Shown: positions 12,315 to 21,797 of the stretch, one piece after another | Layout: each line of letters begins with the position of its first letter | Position numbering within the stretch: position 1 is the stretch's first letter | The notes under the pieces: generated by a model | The model's database searches: none | Told to the model about the DNA's origin: nothing | The model's input: only the letters and a program-made list of their open reading frames with translations | DNA from: Oceanispirochaeta sp. | GTDB taxonomy: Bacteria; Spirochaetota; Spirochaetia; DSM-2461 | Assembly (NCBI GenBank): GCA_963663385.2 | Contig: CAXXXD010000004.1 | Coordinates: 928,001 to 992,000 of the forward strand | DNA: 64,000 bases | Reading direction: 5' to 3' | Position numbers and translations under genes: made by a program

Positions 12315-13016
12315 ATGGGACAGAAAGTAAATCCTTACGGTCTCAGACTGGGAATTAATAAAACCTGGAAATCCAAGTGGTATGTGGATCCCAGAGACTA
12401 TGCTGATTCACTGCACGAAGATCTGGTTTTAAGAAAAGCTCTTATGGACAGCCCTGAAGCTAAGGGCGCCGAGATCGGAGATGTTGAGATTATCAGACAG
12501 CCTCAGAGAGTAACAATGATGATCTATACTGCAAGACCCGGTGTTATCATCGGAACAAAAGGAGCCAATATTGAAAAAATCGGTTCCAGACTGCAGAAAC
12601 TGACTGATAAAAAGATCCAGGTTAAGATCAAGGAAATTAAAAAACCTGAAACTGATGCGCAGATAATTGCTTTGAATATCGCTCGTCAGCTCAAGGGGAG
12701 AGCTGCATTCCGGAGAGTTCTGAAAATGACAGCCGGTAATGCCATGAAAGCTGGTGTTAAGGGAATCAAAATCAAGATTTCCGGTAGACTTGGCGGTGCT
12801 GAGATGGCTCGTACTCAGGAAGTGAAAGAGGGAAGAATTCCTCTTCATACTCTTAGAGCAGATATTGATTATGGTTTTGCTGAATCCAATACTACTTTCG
12901 GTGTAATCGGTGTTAAAGTATGGGTTTTCAAAGGCGAAGTTTTCGGTCATGAACAGAAAGATGACGCCGGTCTGCTTGTAAGTCGCAATCAGCGTGAAAA
13001 AGCTGCAAGGAGTTAG
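12315..13016 (+). CDS. rpsC: 30S ribosomal protein S3
   Basis: MGQKVNPYGLRLG, RPGVIIG, GRIPLHTLRADIDY. Confidence 0.99.
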   Translation: MGQKVNPYGLRLGINKTWKSKWYVDPRDYADSLHEDLVLRKALMDSPEAKGAEIGDVEIIRQPQRVTMMIYTARPGVIIGTKGANIEKIGSRLQKLTDKKIQVKIKEIKKPETDAQIIALNIARQLKGRAAFRRVLKMTAGNAMKAGVKGIKIKISGRLGGAEMARTQEVKEGRIPLHTLRADIDYGFAESNTTFGVIGVKVWVFKGEVFGHEQKDDAGLLVSRNQREKAARS

Positions 13017-13020
13017 GTAG

Positions 13021-13434
13021 ATGCTGAGTCCTAAGAAAACGAAGTACAGAAAACGCATGAGAGGCGTTATGAAAGGTGATGCCACCAGATGTAATTCTCT
13101 TAACTTTGGAGAGTGTGGTCTGGTAGCTTTGGATACCAAATGGATTACTGCGAGACAGATCGAAGCTGCCCGTATTGCTATGACTCGTCATATCAAGAGG
13201 GGTGGTAAGGTTTGGATCCGGATTTTCCCCGACATTCCTTATACCAAGAAACCCGCTGAAACCAGAATGGGTAAGGGTAAAGGTAGTCCTGAGAAATGGG
13301 TAGCAGCAGTTAAACCCGGTACGGTAATGTTTGAAATCGGTGGTGTTGACGTAGAACTTGCAAGAAGAGCTATGGAACTGGCCGGTCAGAAACTTCCTAT
13401 CAAAACAAAGTTTGTAGCAAAGGAAACGAGGTAG
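13021..13434 (+). CDS. rplP: 50S ribosomal protein L16
   Basis: [21 protein letters not shown]. Confidence 0.99.
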   Translation: MLSPKKTKYRKRMRGVMKGDATRCNSLNFGECGLVALDTKWITARQIEAARIAMTRHIKRGGKVWIRIFPDIPYTKKPAETRMGKGKGSPEKWVAAVKPGTVMFEIGGVDVELARRAMELAGQKLPIKTKFVAKETR

Positions 13435-13438
13435 TTAG

Positions 13439-13639
13439 ATGAAAGAAAAATATAACGACCTGTCCGTTGAAGAACTGGTAGCAAAGCGTGATGAGCTGAA
13501 TAAAAAACTTCAGAAAATCAGATTTGATATGGTATTGGGACATGTAGAGAACCGTATGGAAAAGCGGAATCTCAGAAGAACTGTTGCCCGTTTGAATACT
13601 ATTATTCACGAGCACGAACTCGGTATCAGGAAAGCGTAG
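13439..13639 (+). CDS. rpmC: 50S ribosomal protein L29
   Basis: LSVEEL...RRTVARLNT; lies between rplP and rpsQ. Confidence 0.95.
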   Translation: MKEKYNDLSVEELVAKRDELNKKLQKIRFDMVLGHVENRMEKRNLRRTVARLNTIIHEHELGIRKA

Positions 13640-13647
13640 GGGAAATC

Positions 13648-13917
13648 ATGGAAAAAGATGCATCCAAGAAGACGAATAAGAAAGTCTTCACAGGAGTGGT
13701 AGTCAGTGACAAGATGGATAAGACCATCGTTGTTAAGATTTCTACAAAGAAACTGCACCCCCTGTATAAAAAATACGTGAGTAGCTCTGTAAAATACAAG
13801 GCTCACGATGAGCAGAATGATGCTAATGTTGGTGATACTGTCCGCATTCAGGAATGCAGACCTGTAAGTAAAGATAAATGCTGGACTCTTCAGGAAGTTC
13901 TTGAAAGAGCAAAATAA
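13648..13917 (+). CDS. rpsQ: 30S ribosomal protein S17
   Basis: GVVVSDKMDKTIVV, HPLYKK, ECRPVSKDK. Confidence 0.99.
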   Translation: MEKDASKKTNKKVFTGVVVSDKMDKTIVVKISTKKLHPLYKKYVSSSVKYKAHDEQNDANVGDTVRIQECRPVSKDKCWTLQEVLERAK

Positions 13918-13932
13918 CGCCGGAGGAAATAT

Positions 13933-14301
13933 ATGATTCAGGATAATACATATTTAAATGTAGCTGATAACTCTGGTGCAAAGAAAGTTCAGTGTATCAA
14001 AGTTCTCGGCGGAAGCAAGAGAAAGTATGCCAGTGTTGGTGATATCATTGTCGTGGCAGTAAAAGATGCCCTTCCTAATGCCCCCATAAAGAAAGGTGAT
14101 GTTAAGAAGGCAGTTATTGTAAGGACTCATAAAGAGTACAGAAGGCCGGATGGAACATATATCCGTTTCGATGATAACGCCTGTGTAATTATCGATGCCG
14201 CAAATAATCCCGTTGGAAAGAGAATCTTTGGTCCGGTTGCCCGTGAACTCAGAGATGCTGATTTCATGAAGATTGTTTCACTGGCACCTGAAGTACTCTA
14301 G
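13933..14301 (+). CDS. rplN: 50S ribosomal protein L14
   Basis: [26 protein letters not shown]. Confidence 0.99.
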   Translation: MIQDNTYLNVADNSGAKKVQCIKVLGGSKRKYASVGDIIVVAVKDALPNAPIKKGDVKKAVIVRTHKEYRRPDGTYIRFDDNACVIIDAANNPVGKRIFGPVARELRDADFMKIVSLAPEVL

Positions 14302-14314
14302 GAGATATTGGAAG

Positions 14315-14632
14315 ATGGCAGAAGTGAAGTATAAAATTAAGAAGGGCGATCAGGTTAAGGTTATTGCTGGTAAAGATAGCGGAAAAACCGGAAGAGTCCT
14401 AAAGATCCAGAGAGATACCGGGCGAGTTATCGTTGAAGGTCTTAACATGGTTAAAAAGGCACAGAAGCCGAAAAGCCAGGGTGAAAAAGGCAGCATCATC
14501 GAATTGGAAGCTCCCCTCAATATCTCTAATGTTCAGGTTCTCTGCAAGAAATGCGGACCCACCCGGGTTGGTATCAAAGTTGACGGAGATAGCAAAGTTA
14601 GAATTTGTAAGAAGTGTGGGGAATCCTTATAA
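14315..14632 (+). CDS. rplX: 50S ribosomal protein L24
   Basis: KOW motif [28 protein letters not shown]; start moved to the ATG after GGAG. Confidence 0.98.
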   Translation: MAEVKYKIKKGDQVKVIAGKDSGKTGRVLKIQRDTGRVIVEGLNMVKKAQKPKSQGEKGSIIELEAPLNISNVQVLCKKCGPTRVGIKVDGDSKVRICKKCGESL

Positions 14633-15183
14633 TGGCTGGATACGTACCAAGATTAAAAACTGTTTATACAGATAAGATCGCCCAGGACTTGTTCTCTGAA
14701 TTTGGATATAAATCCAAGATGCAGATTCCCAAGATTGAGAAAATTGTTGTCAGCATGGGTGTTGGTGAAGCAATTACCAACAAAAAACTGCTGGACGCTG
14801 CGGTAGAGGAATTGTCTCTCATTACCGGTCAGAAGGTAATGAAAACTAAGGCAAGAAAATCCATCGCTGGATTTAAGATTCGTGAAGGACAGGAAATCGG
14901 TGCCAAAGTAACCCTTCGTGGTGAGAAAATGTATGAGTTTCTGGACCGTTTGATCAATATTTCTCTCCCTCGTGTTAAGGACTTTAGAGGAGTTAATCCC
15001 AAAGCCTTCGATGGAAGAGGGAATTACTCTCTCGGTATTACTGAACAGATCATTTTTCCTGAAATTGACTACGATAAGATTGAACAGATCAACGGTCTGA
15101 ATGTGGCCATTGTAACTACGGCGAAAACGGATGACGAAGCCAGATCTCTACTGGCTAAGTTCGGAATGCCTTTCAGTAAATAG
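14632..15183 (+). CDS. rplE: 50S ribosomal protein L5
   Basis: [27 protein letters not shown]. Confidence 0.99.
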   Translation: MAGYVPRLKTVYTDKIAQDLFSEFGYKSKMQIPKIEKIVVSMGVGEAITNKKLLDAAVEELSLITGQKVMKTKARKSIAGFKIREGQEIGAKVTLRGEKMYEFLDRLINISLPRVKDFRGVNPKAFDGRGNYSLGITEQIIFPEIDYDKIEQINGLNVAIVTTAKTDDEARSLLAKFGMPFSK

Positions 15184-15193
15184 GAGTTTATAG

Positions 15194-15379
15194 ATGGCAA
15201 AGAAATCCATGATCGTTAAATCCCAGAGAAAACCGAAATATGGTGTTCGTCAGTACAATCGCTGCCGGATCTGTGGAAGACCTCGGGGTTATATGAGAAA
15301 ATTTCAGATGTGCAGAATCTGCTTTCGGAAACTTGCTAATGAAGGTATGATTCCCGGCGTAACTAAATCAAGCTGGTAG
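15194..15379 (+). CDS. rpsN: 30S ribosomal protein S14, zinc-binding (type Z)
   Basis: 61 aa with CRIC...CRIC, GVTKSSW. Confidence 0.98.
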   Translation: MAKKSMIVKSQRKPKYGVRQYNRCRICGRPRGYMRKFQMCRICFRKLANEGMIPGVTKSSW

Positions 15380-15388
15380 GAGAGTGTA

Positions 15389-15787
15389 ATGAGTGTTTCA
15401 GATCCAGTAGCGGATATGCTCACAAAAATTAGAAATGCCAGCGCGGCAAAATTCGAGAAGGTCGATATTGCACCTTCCAAGCTCAAGCTGGAAATTATTA
15501 AAATCTTGAAGAATGAAGGTTTTGTCAAAAACTTTAAGAAAGTTACTCAGGATGACACTAGTGTAATCCGGGTTTTCCTTAAATATGATGAAAAAGAAAA
15601 TGCTATCATTCATGGTATTCAGTCCGTATCCACACCCGGTCGGCGTGTGTATACGGGATATCGGGAAATGCCCCGTGTACTGAATGGTTTCGGTACTTTG
15701 ATTGTCTCTACTTCAAATGGTGTAACAACCGGTAAGAAGGCTACTTTGAACAAAGTAGGCGGAGAAATCATCTGTAAAGTTTGGTAG
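15389..15787 (+). CDS. rpsH: 30S ribosomal protein S8
   Basis: [30 protein letters not shown]. Confidence 0.99.
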   Translation: MSVSDPVADMLTKIRNASAAKFEKVDIAPSKLKLEIIKILKNEGFVKNFKKVTQDDTSVIRVFLKYDEKENAIIHGIQSVSTPGRRVYTGYREMPRVLNGFGTLIVSTSNGVTTGKKATLNKVGGEIICKVW

Positions 15788-15801
15788 GGGAGGAGCATTA
15801 G

Positions 15802-16338
15802 ATGTCTCGTATAGGTTTAAAACCTGTAACAGTCCCCAAAGGTGTTACTGTTGCAGTAAAAGATAATCTGCTGACTGTAAAAGGTTCAAAGGGAGAACTG
15901 ACTCAGGACTTCCTGCCCGAAGTTAGTTTTGATATTAAAGACGGTGAAGTGGTTGTTAGTCGAAAAGATGATTCAAAACGATCCAAATCCATGCATGGTC
16001 TTTACAGAAAGCTTCTGGATAATATGGTTATCGGTGTTACAGATGGTTTCAGCAAAGCCCTGATTATCAACGGTGTCGGATACAGAGCAGAAGTTAAAGG
16101 AAAAAGTGTTCTTTTCAACCTGGGTTACTCTACTTCAATCGAGTATATGCTGCCCGAAGGTATTACGGCTGTCGTTGAAGGAAGCAAACTGACGGTTTCC
16201 GGAATCAGCAAAGAACAGGTTGGACTTGTTGCCAGTGAGATTCGCGGTCTGAGACCTCCCGAACCTTACAAAGGTAAAGGTATCAAATATGAAACTGAAA
16301 ATATCAGACGTAAAGTCGGTAAATCCGGTGTTAAGTAG
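15802..16338 (+). CDS. rplF: 50S ribosomal protein L6
   Basis: MSRIG, GVGYRA, RPPEPYKGKGI. Confidence 0.99.
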   Translation: MSRIGLKPVTVPKGVTVAVKDNLLTVKGSKGELTQDFLPEVSFDIKDGEVVVSRKDDSKRSKSMHGLYRKLLDNMVIGVTDGFSKALIINGVGYRAEVKGKSVLFNLGYSTSIEYMLPEGITAVVEGSKLTVSGISKEQVGLVASEIRGLRPPEPYKGKGIKYETENIRRKVGKSGVK

Positions 16339-16348
16339 GTTGTAGAGT

Positions 16349-16708
16349 ATGGATAGGATTAAACAGAAGCAGGCTAAACGGCTGCAGAGAAAAAAACATG
16401 TCCGGAAAAAAATCTCCGGTACCGCTGAAAGACCTCGTCTGACTGTATTCAAGAGTAACAAAAACCTGAGTGTTCAGGTTATTGATGACATTAAAGGCCA
16501 TACTCTTGTCAGTGCATCAACCCTTGAAAAAGATCTTTCCGATATTAAAGTAAATGTCGAAGGCGGAGCAAAACTCGGCAAGGTTGTTGGTGAAAGGATG
16601 AAAGCTGCTAACATCAGTACTATTGTATTTGACAGAAACGGATATATGTATCATGGTGTTGTCAAGGCACTCGCCGATGCTACCAGGGAATCTGGCATTC
16701 AGTTTTAA
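16349..16708 (+). CDS. rplR: 50S ribosomal protein L18
   Basis: [23 protein letters not shown]. Confidence 0.99.
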   Translation: MDRIKQKQAKRLQRKKHVRKKISGTAERPRLTVFKSNKNLSVQVIDDIKGHTLVSASTLEKDLSDIKVNVEGGAKLGKVVGERMKAANISTIVFDRNGYMYHGVVKALADATRESGIQF

Positions 16709-16719
16709 GAGGTTTATGT

Positions 16720-17226
16720 ATGGCGTTTAAAGAAAGAAACAGAGAAGAAAAAGAATTTACAGAAAAGCTCATCAGACTGAACCGGGTATCAAAGGCTGTA
16801 AAGGGTGGACGGAAAATGTCTTTCTCTGCCCTGATGGTTGTTGGCGATGGTAAAGGACGTGTGGGGTACGGATTTGGTAAAGCCAATGATGTTGCTGAAG
16901 CGATCCGGAAGAGTGTTGAAAAGGCTAAAAAGAACCTGATTGTGGTTCCTATTAAGAAAAGCACGATTCCCCATGAAATCCTCGGTGAATACAAGAGCGC
17001 ATCTGTATTGCTGAAACCTGCTGCACCCGGTACCGGAATTATTGCCGGTGGACCAGTTCGTGCAGTTATGGAAGCAGCGGGAGTTCATGATATTCTTGCC
17101 AAGTCTTTAGGTTCAAAAAATACAATGAATATCGTTAAATGTGTTTTTAACGGTCTTGAAAATATTTTTGATGCCAGAGAACTTGCTGAAGGTCGTGGAA
17201 AATCCATAAAAGAGTTGTGGGGTTGA
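16720..17226 (+). CDS. rpsE: 30S ribosomal protein S5
   Basis: [23 protein letters not shown]. Confidence 0.99.
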   Translation: MAFKERNREEKEFTEKLIRLNRVSKAVKGGRKMSFSALMVVGDGKGRVGYGFGKANDVAEAIRKSVEKAKKNLIVVPIKKSTIPHEILGEYKSASVLLKPAAPGTGIIAGGPVRAVMEAAGVHDILAKSLGSKNTMNIVKCVFNGLENIFDARELAEGRGKSIKELWG

Positions 17227-17227
17227 T

Positions 17228-17422
17228 ATGGCAGCTAAAGCGAAAAGAATTCGGGTAAAGCTCGTTCGTAGTACAATCGGCCGTAAGCCGGAACAGAGAA
17301 AAACAGTCAAAGCTCTCGGGCTGGGAAAGTTGAACTCCGTAGTGGAGAAGGATGTAAATCCTGCTGTAATGGGAATGGTCGAGTCAGTTTCACACCTGGT
17401 TGAAGTTGAGGAGATTAGCTAG
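17228..17422 (+). CDS. rpmD: 50S ribosomal protein L30
   Basis: [22 protein letters not shown]. Confidence 0.97.
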   Translation: MAAKAKRIRVKLVRSTIGRKPEQRKTVKALGLGKLNSVVEKDVNPAVMGMVESVSHLVEVEEIS

Positions 17423-17424
17423 TT

Positions 17425-17886
17425 ATGAGTAGTTTTGAATTGAGAGCACCTGTTGGTGCCAATCGTAATAAAAAAGTACTCGGACGCGGTCATGGGGCCG
17501 GAACAGGTAAAACATCCGGTAAGGGTCATAAAGGACAGAAAGCCAGATCCGGCGGAAACGTAAGACCCGGTTTTGAAGGTGGACAGATGCCTATCTATCG
17601 TCGTGTAGCGGCGAGAGGATTTTCAAACCATCCCTTTAAGAAAGTGTTCGTACCTGTAAATCTTTCCCTACTGGAGAAGAATTACAGTGATGGTGAAGTT
17701 GTTTCTCTTGAAACCTTAGTTGAAAAAGGATTGATCAAAAAATCTGAAACCAGTGTTAAAATACTTGGCAATGGTGAACTGACTAAGAAACTGGAAGTCC
17801 AGGTAAATAAGGTTTCTACCGGAGCAGTTGAGAAAATTGAAAAAGCCGGTGGTAAAGTAACAGTAAAAGAATCCGTACAGGAATAG
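17425..17886 (+). CDS. rplO: 50S ribosomal protein L15
   Basis: GKTSGKGHKGQKARSG, GFEGGQMP. Confidence 0.99.
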   Translation: MSSFELRAPVGANRNKKVLGRGHGAGTGKTSGKGHKGQKARSGGNVRPGFEGGQMPIYRRVAARGFSNHPFKKVFVPVNLSLLEKNYSDGEVVSLETLVEKGLIKKSETSVKILGNGELTKKLEVQVNKVSTGAVEKIEKAGGKVTVKESVQE

Positions 17887-17896
17887 TTGGTAATAT

Positions 17897-19228
17897 ATGG
17901 CAGGTAATCCACTTTACGACATGTTTAGAATCAGAGAGTTGAGGACGAAAATTTTCTTTACTCTCGGAATGCTGATTATTTTCAGGCTTGGTGCTATCTT
18001 GCCGATTCCCGGTATTGATGCCTCCGCTTTGAGTCTTTATTTCATGAATCAGGCAGCTACCGGATCCTCTATGGGTATTACGGAATATCTGGACTTCTTT
18101 GCCGGTGGGGCATTCAAGAACTTCTCAATTTTCATGTTGGGAATTATGCCCTATATTTCCATGTCTATTATCATGCAGCTTCTGCTGCTGGTATTCCCTG
18201 TCTTGAAAAAGATTTCGGAAGAAGACGGTGGAAAAAAGAAGATCCAGAAATTAATTCGTTATGGAACGGTAGTGGTCTGTGTGATTCAGTCCTATGCTGT
18301 AACTGTTTACGCGAGTAGAATTCCGGATGCGATTATTCCATCCATGGTTGGATGGAGATACACCGTTGTTGCCATGCTGACAGTTACAACAGGAACAATG
18401 TTTCTGATGTGGATTGGTGAGCAGATAAATGCCAGAGGGATTGGTAATGGAATATCCATGCTGATTTTTGCCGGTATTGTCGCTAGAATGCCTGGTGCAT
18501 TCAATGTATTGGGAAGAGAGATCCGTAGTGGAAATCTCAACCCTGTTTTTGTAATCTTTGCTTTGCTTATGTTTGTTGGTATCATTATGCTGGTGATCTA
18601 CGAACAGCAGGGTCAGAGAAAAATCCCTGTTAATTATGCTAAGAGAATTGTTGGAAGAAGAATCTATGGGGCGCAGAATACCTACATCCCTATCAAGATC
18701 AATCCCAGTGGAGTAATCCCTGTTATTTTTGCATCATCTATTCTGACTTTTCCATTGCAGATTGCAGGAACTTTAGGTAGCAGCAGTAAAACCTGGTCTC
18801 AGATTGCCAGCTGGCTTCGGCCCAACGGCGCCCCCTACCTCGTTTTATATACGTTGTTAATTGTCTTTTTTGCTTACTTTTATACTCAGGTTTCCATGAA
18901 TCCTATTGAAATTGCTAGGCAAATAAGAGAAAATGGCGGTTCAATACCTGGAATACGTTCGGAGAATATGGAGGGGTATTTAACTAAAGTACTTAACCGT
19001 ATAGTTTTCCCCGGAGCTATGTTTCTGGCATTGATTGCATTGATTCCTTCCTTTATCATAAACCTGTTCGGTTTTCCCCAGCAGGTAGCGTATTTAATGG
19101 GAGGTACCTCGCTTTTGATCATGGTTGGTGTTGACCTTGATACAATGAGTCAGATTGAAGGTCATCTTAAGATGCACCATCATGACGGGTTGGTAAAGCG
19201 CGGTAAACTGAGAACAAGAAACCTATAA
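17897..19228 (+). CDS. secY: Preprotein translocase subunit SecY
   Basis: LGIMPYISMSII, GIGNGISMLIFAGI, GGTSLLI; multiple TM helices. Confidence 0.99.
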   Translation: MAGNPLYDMFRIRELRTKIFFTLGMLIIFRLGAILPIPGIDASALSLYFMNQAATGSSMGITEYLDFFAGGAFKNFSIFMLGIMPYISMSIIMQLLLLVFPVLKKISEEDGGKKKIQKLIRYGTVVVCVIQSYAVTVYASRIPDAIIPSMVGWRYTVVAMLTVTTGTMFLMWIGEQINARGIGNGISMLIFAGIVARMPGAFNVLGREIRSGNLNPVFVIFALLMFVGIIMLVIYEQQGQRKIPVNYAKRIVGRRIYGAQNTYIPIKINPSGVIPVIFASSILTFPLQIAGTLGSSSKTWSQIASWLRPNGAPYLVLYTLLIVFFAYFYTQVSMNPIEIARQIRENGGSIPGIRSENMEGYLTKVLNRIVFPGAMFLALIALIPSFIINLFGFPQQVAYLMGGTSLLIMVGVDLDTMSQIEGHLKMHHHDGLVKRGKLRTRNL

Positions 19229-19241
19229 GAGGTGAATGAAA

Positions 19242-19355
19242 ATGAAAGTTAGAGCAAGTGTTAAACCAATTTGCGATAAGTGTAAGGTTATCAGGAGAAG
19301 GGGTGTCCTGAGAATCGTATGTGAAAACCCGAAACATAAACAGAGACAGAAGTAG
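19242..19355 (+). CDS. rpmJ: 50S ribosomal protein L36 (zinc-type); below the ORF-track length cutoff
   Basis: Manual translation: [37 protein letters not shown]. Confidence 0.98.
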   Translation: MKVRASVKPICDKCKVIRRRGVLRIVCENPKHKQRQK

Positions 19356-19366
19356 GAGGTCCATAA

Positions 19367-19732
19367 GTGGCTCGTATTGCAGGTATTGATCTGCCTAATA
19401 AGCATACAGATATTGCGCTGACCTATATTTTCGGTATAGGAAGAACTTCTGCGAAAACTATCTGTGCTAAAACAGGTGTTGATCCTGAAAAAAGAATTAA
19501 TGATCTTACAGCTGACGAGGTTAATGAACTGAGGAAGCTGATTGAAAATGAATATAAAGTTGAAGGTCGCCTGAGGTCCGAAGTTGCCTTGAATATCAAG
19601 AGACTTATGGATATCGGTTGTTACCGGGGTCTTCGCCATAGAAAAGGCTTGCCCGTTAACGGACAGAGAACCAAGACAAATGCCCGTACCAGAAAGGGAA
19701 AGGTTAAAACCGTCGCTAAAAAGAAAAAGTAG
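19367..19732 (+). CDS. rpsM: 30S ribosomal protein S13
   Basis: [32 protein letters not shown]. Confidence 0.99.
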   Translation: MARIAGIDLPNKHTDIALTYIFGIGRTSAKTICAKTGVDPEKRINDLTADEVNELRKLIENEYKVEGRLRSEVALNIKRLMDIGCYRGLRHRKGLPVNGQRTKTNARTRKGKVKTVAKKKK

Positions 19733-19753
19733 AACGGTTGGAGGTTTTTGAAA

Positions 19754-20134
19754 TTGGCTAAGGCAAAAAAAAGAAAAGATAAGAAAAGTGTTTATGAAGG
19801 AAATGTCTACATTCAGGCAACTTTCAATAATACAATTGTAACTATTACTGATCTGAAGGGAAATGCCATTTCCTGGAGTAGCGCCGGTTCTCTTGGTTTC
19901 AAGGGTGCTAAAAAATCTACTCCCTATGCGGCTCAGACTACTGCTGAGACAGCAGCTAACAGAGCTCTGGATTTTGGTCTTCAGGAAGTTAATGTATACG
20001 TTAAGGGGCCCGGCGTCGGTAGAGAATCGGCAATACGTTCTCTTGGCGGACTTGGTCTGAGAGTAAGATCCATTAAGGATATAACTCCTATCCCCCACAA
20101 TGGATGCAGACCCAAGAAGAGTAGAAGAGTTTAA
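19754..20134 (+). CDS. rpsK: 30S ribosomal protein S11
   Basis: [29 protein letters not shown] start chosen from SD spacing. Confidence 0.98.
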   Translation: MAKAKKRKDKKSVYEGNVYIQATFNNTIVTITDLKGNAISWSSAGSLGFKGAKKSTPYAAQTTAETAANRALDFGLQEVNVYVKGPGVGRESAIRSLGGLGLRVRSIKDITPIPHNGCRPKKSRRV

Positions 20135-20219
20135 TTGTAACGAAGTGATAGCAGGATTGATTTACTGAATTAATCAGGTAATAACCAGCAGGATCGCTTA
20201 TTCTTAGTAAGGAGCAGAA

Positions 20220-21260
20220 ATGGCACGTAAAAACCTGTTGAAGGGATTTAAACGACCAAAGGGAATCACCTTTGAACATGGTGAGCAGGAATCAAATTAT
20301 GGAAAGTTTATGGCTTATCCTTTTGAGAGAGGGTACGGTGCGACTATAGGAAACTCCTTGCGTCGGATTCTGTTGTCTTCCATTCAGGGGTATGCTATTA
20401 CAGCAGTGAGGATAACCAGCTATAATAAAGATGGCAACGCTCATGTTATTACCAGTGAATTTGAATCAATTCCTGAGGTTGTTGAAGATACTCCCGAATT
20501 TATTAGTAATTTAAAATCACTGCAATTAAGCCTGCCGGAAGATATTGAAGAGAAAACTATACTGATCGAATGGAAAGGTGCCGGTAATTTGACCGGTGCC
20601 GATCTTGAAAAAGATGGTGTAGTGGTTACAAATAAAGATTTTCAACTTTGTACCATGATGGAAAATGCTGATCTGGAGTTTGAAATCCAGATCGATCTGG
20701 GACGCGGATATGTTCCTTCGGAACTCAATGAGAAATACATTGATGTTGTTGGAACCATTCCTGTTGACTCTATTTTCTCACCCATCAAAAAGGTCCGGTA
20801 TGAAGTAGAAAATACCCGTGTCGGTCAGAGATCTGACTATGATAAACTAATAATTGAAATCTGGACGGACGGGACTATTTCACCTGAAGATGCTCTGGCT
20901 GAATCTGCTAAGATTGCAAAAGATCATTTCACCATTTTTATTAACTTCGACGAAGATGATGTAATTGGTGATGATGAAGTTGATGAGGAAGAAGAGAGAG
21001 TTAAAGCTCTTCTGGACACACCGGTTGAAGAACTGGAGTTGTCTGTACGTTCAAGTAATTGTCTGAAAAATGCGAATATTAAAACCATCGGTGACCTTAC
21101 CAGGAGAACTGAAGAAGATATAGCGAAAACCAGAAATTTCGGTAAAAAATCCCTGATGGAAATCAAGGAGAAACTGAAGGAATGGAACCTGTCTCTCGGA
21201 ATGGTTGATTACAGTGTTTTGAAGAAAACAATTAAACTTGAGAATAATAAGGAAGAATAG
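20220..21260 (+). CDS. rpoA: DNA-directed RNA polymerase alpha subunit
   Basis: [21 protein letters not shown], alpha-[13 protein letters not shown]...NFGKKS. Confidence 0.99.
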   Translation: MARKNLLKGFKRPKGITFEHGEQESNYGKFMAYPFERGYGATIGNSLRRILLSSIQGYAITAVRITSYNKDGNAHVITSEFESIPEVVEDTPEFISNLKSLQLSLPEDIEEKTILIEWKGAGNLTGADLEKDGVVVTNKDFQLCTMMENADLEFEIQIDLGRGYVPSELNEKYIDVVGTIPVDSIFSPIKKVRYEVENTRVGQRSDYDKLIIEIWTDGTISPEDALAESAKIAKDHFTIFINFDEDDVIGDDEVDEEEERVKALLDTPVEELELSVRSSNCLKNANIKTIGDLTRRTEEDIAKTRNFGKKSLMEIKEKLKEWNLSLGMVDYSVLKKTIKLENNKEE

Positions 21261-21262
21261 TC

Positions 21263-21697
21263 ATGCATAATCGAATCGGTTTTAACAGACTGGGTCGTAA
21301 GGCCAGTCACAGAAAAGCCCTTCACAGAAACATGGTTACTTCTCTGTTCAAGCATGAGAGAATTAAAACCACAAAAACCAAAGCTATGGAAATCAGAAGA
21401 ACTGCAGAAAAAATGATTACCAGAGCAAAGGTTGATTCTGTGCACAATCGGAGGATTGTGGCAAAAGCAATACAGGATAAAGATGTTTTAAATAAGCTAT
21501 TTACTGAAATTGCACCCCGTTTTACTGAGAGACCTGGTGGATATACCAGAGTTCTTAAAATGGGTTTTCGTCAGGGAGATGCTGCAGAAGTAGTACTCCT
21601 GGAACTGGTTGAAAAAGCAGGAACCGAAGAGAAACCTGCAAAAGCAACTGCTAAAAAAACTGTAGAGAAGAAAGAAGCCGTAGAAAGCGATTCTTAA
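21263..21697 (+). CDS. rplQ: 50S ribosomal protein L17
   Basis: [24 protein letters not shown]. Confidence 0.99.
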   Translation: MHNRIGFNRLGRKASHRKALHRNMVTSLFKHERIKTTKTKAMEIRRTAEKMITRAKVDSVHNRRIVAKAIQDKDVLNKLFTEIAPRFTERPGGYTRVLKMGFRQGDAAEVVLLELVEKAGTEEKPAKATAKKTVEKKEAVESDS

Positions 21698-21737
21698 ACT
21701 ATTCTCTAAGGTTCAACAAGTAATTTCACGATATTAG

Positions 21738-21782
21738 TAAGGAAGGTCTCCCTTTTTTAGGGGATATCTTCCTTATTTTTTT
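21738..21782 (+). terminator. Intrinsic terminator after rplQ
   Basis: TAAGGAAG..TCCCT/AGGGGA..CTTCCTTA stem followed by T7. Confidence 0.7.
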
Positions 21783-21797
21783 GAGGAAATCGGCTGA

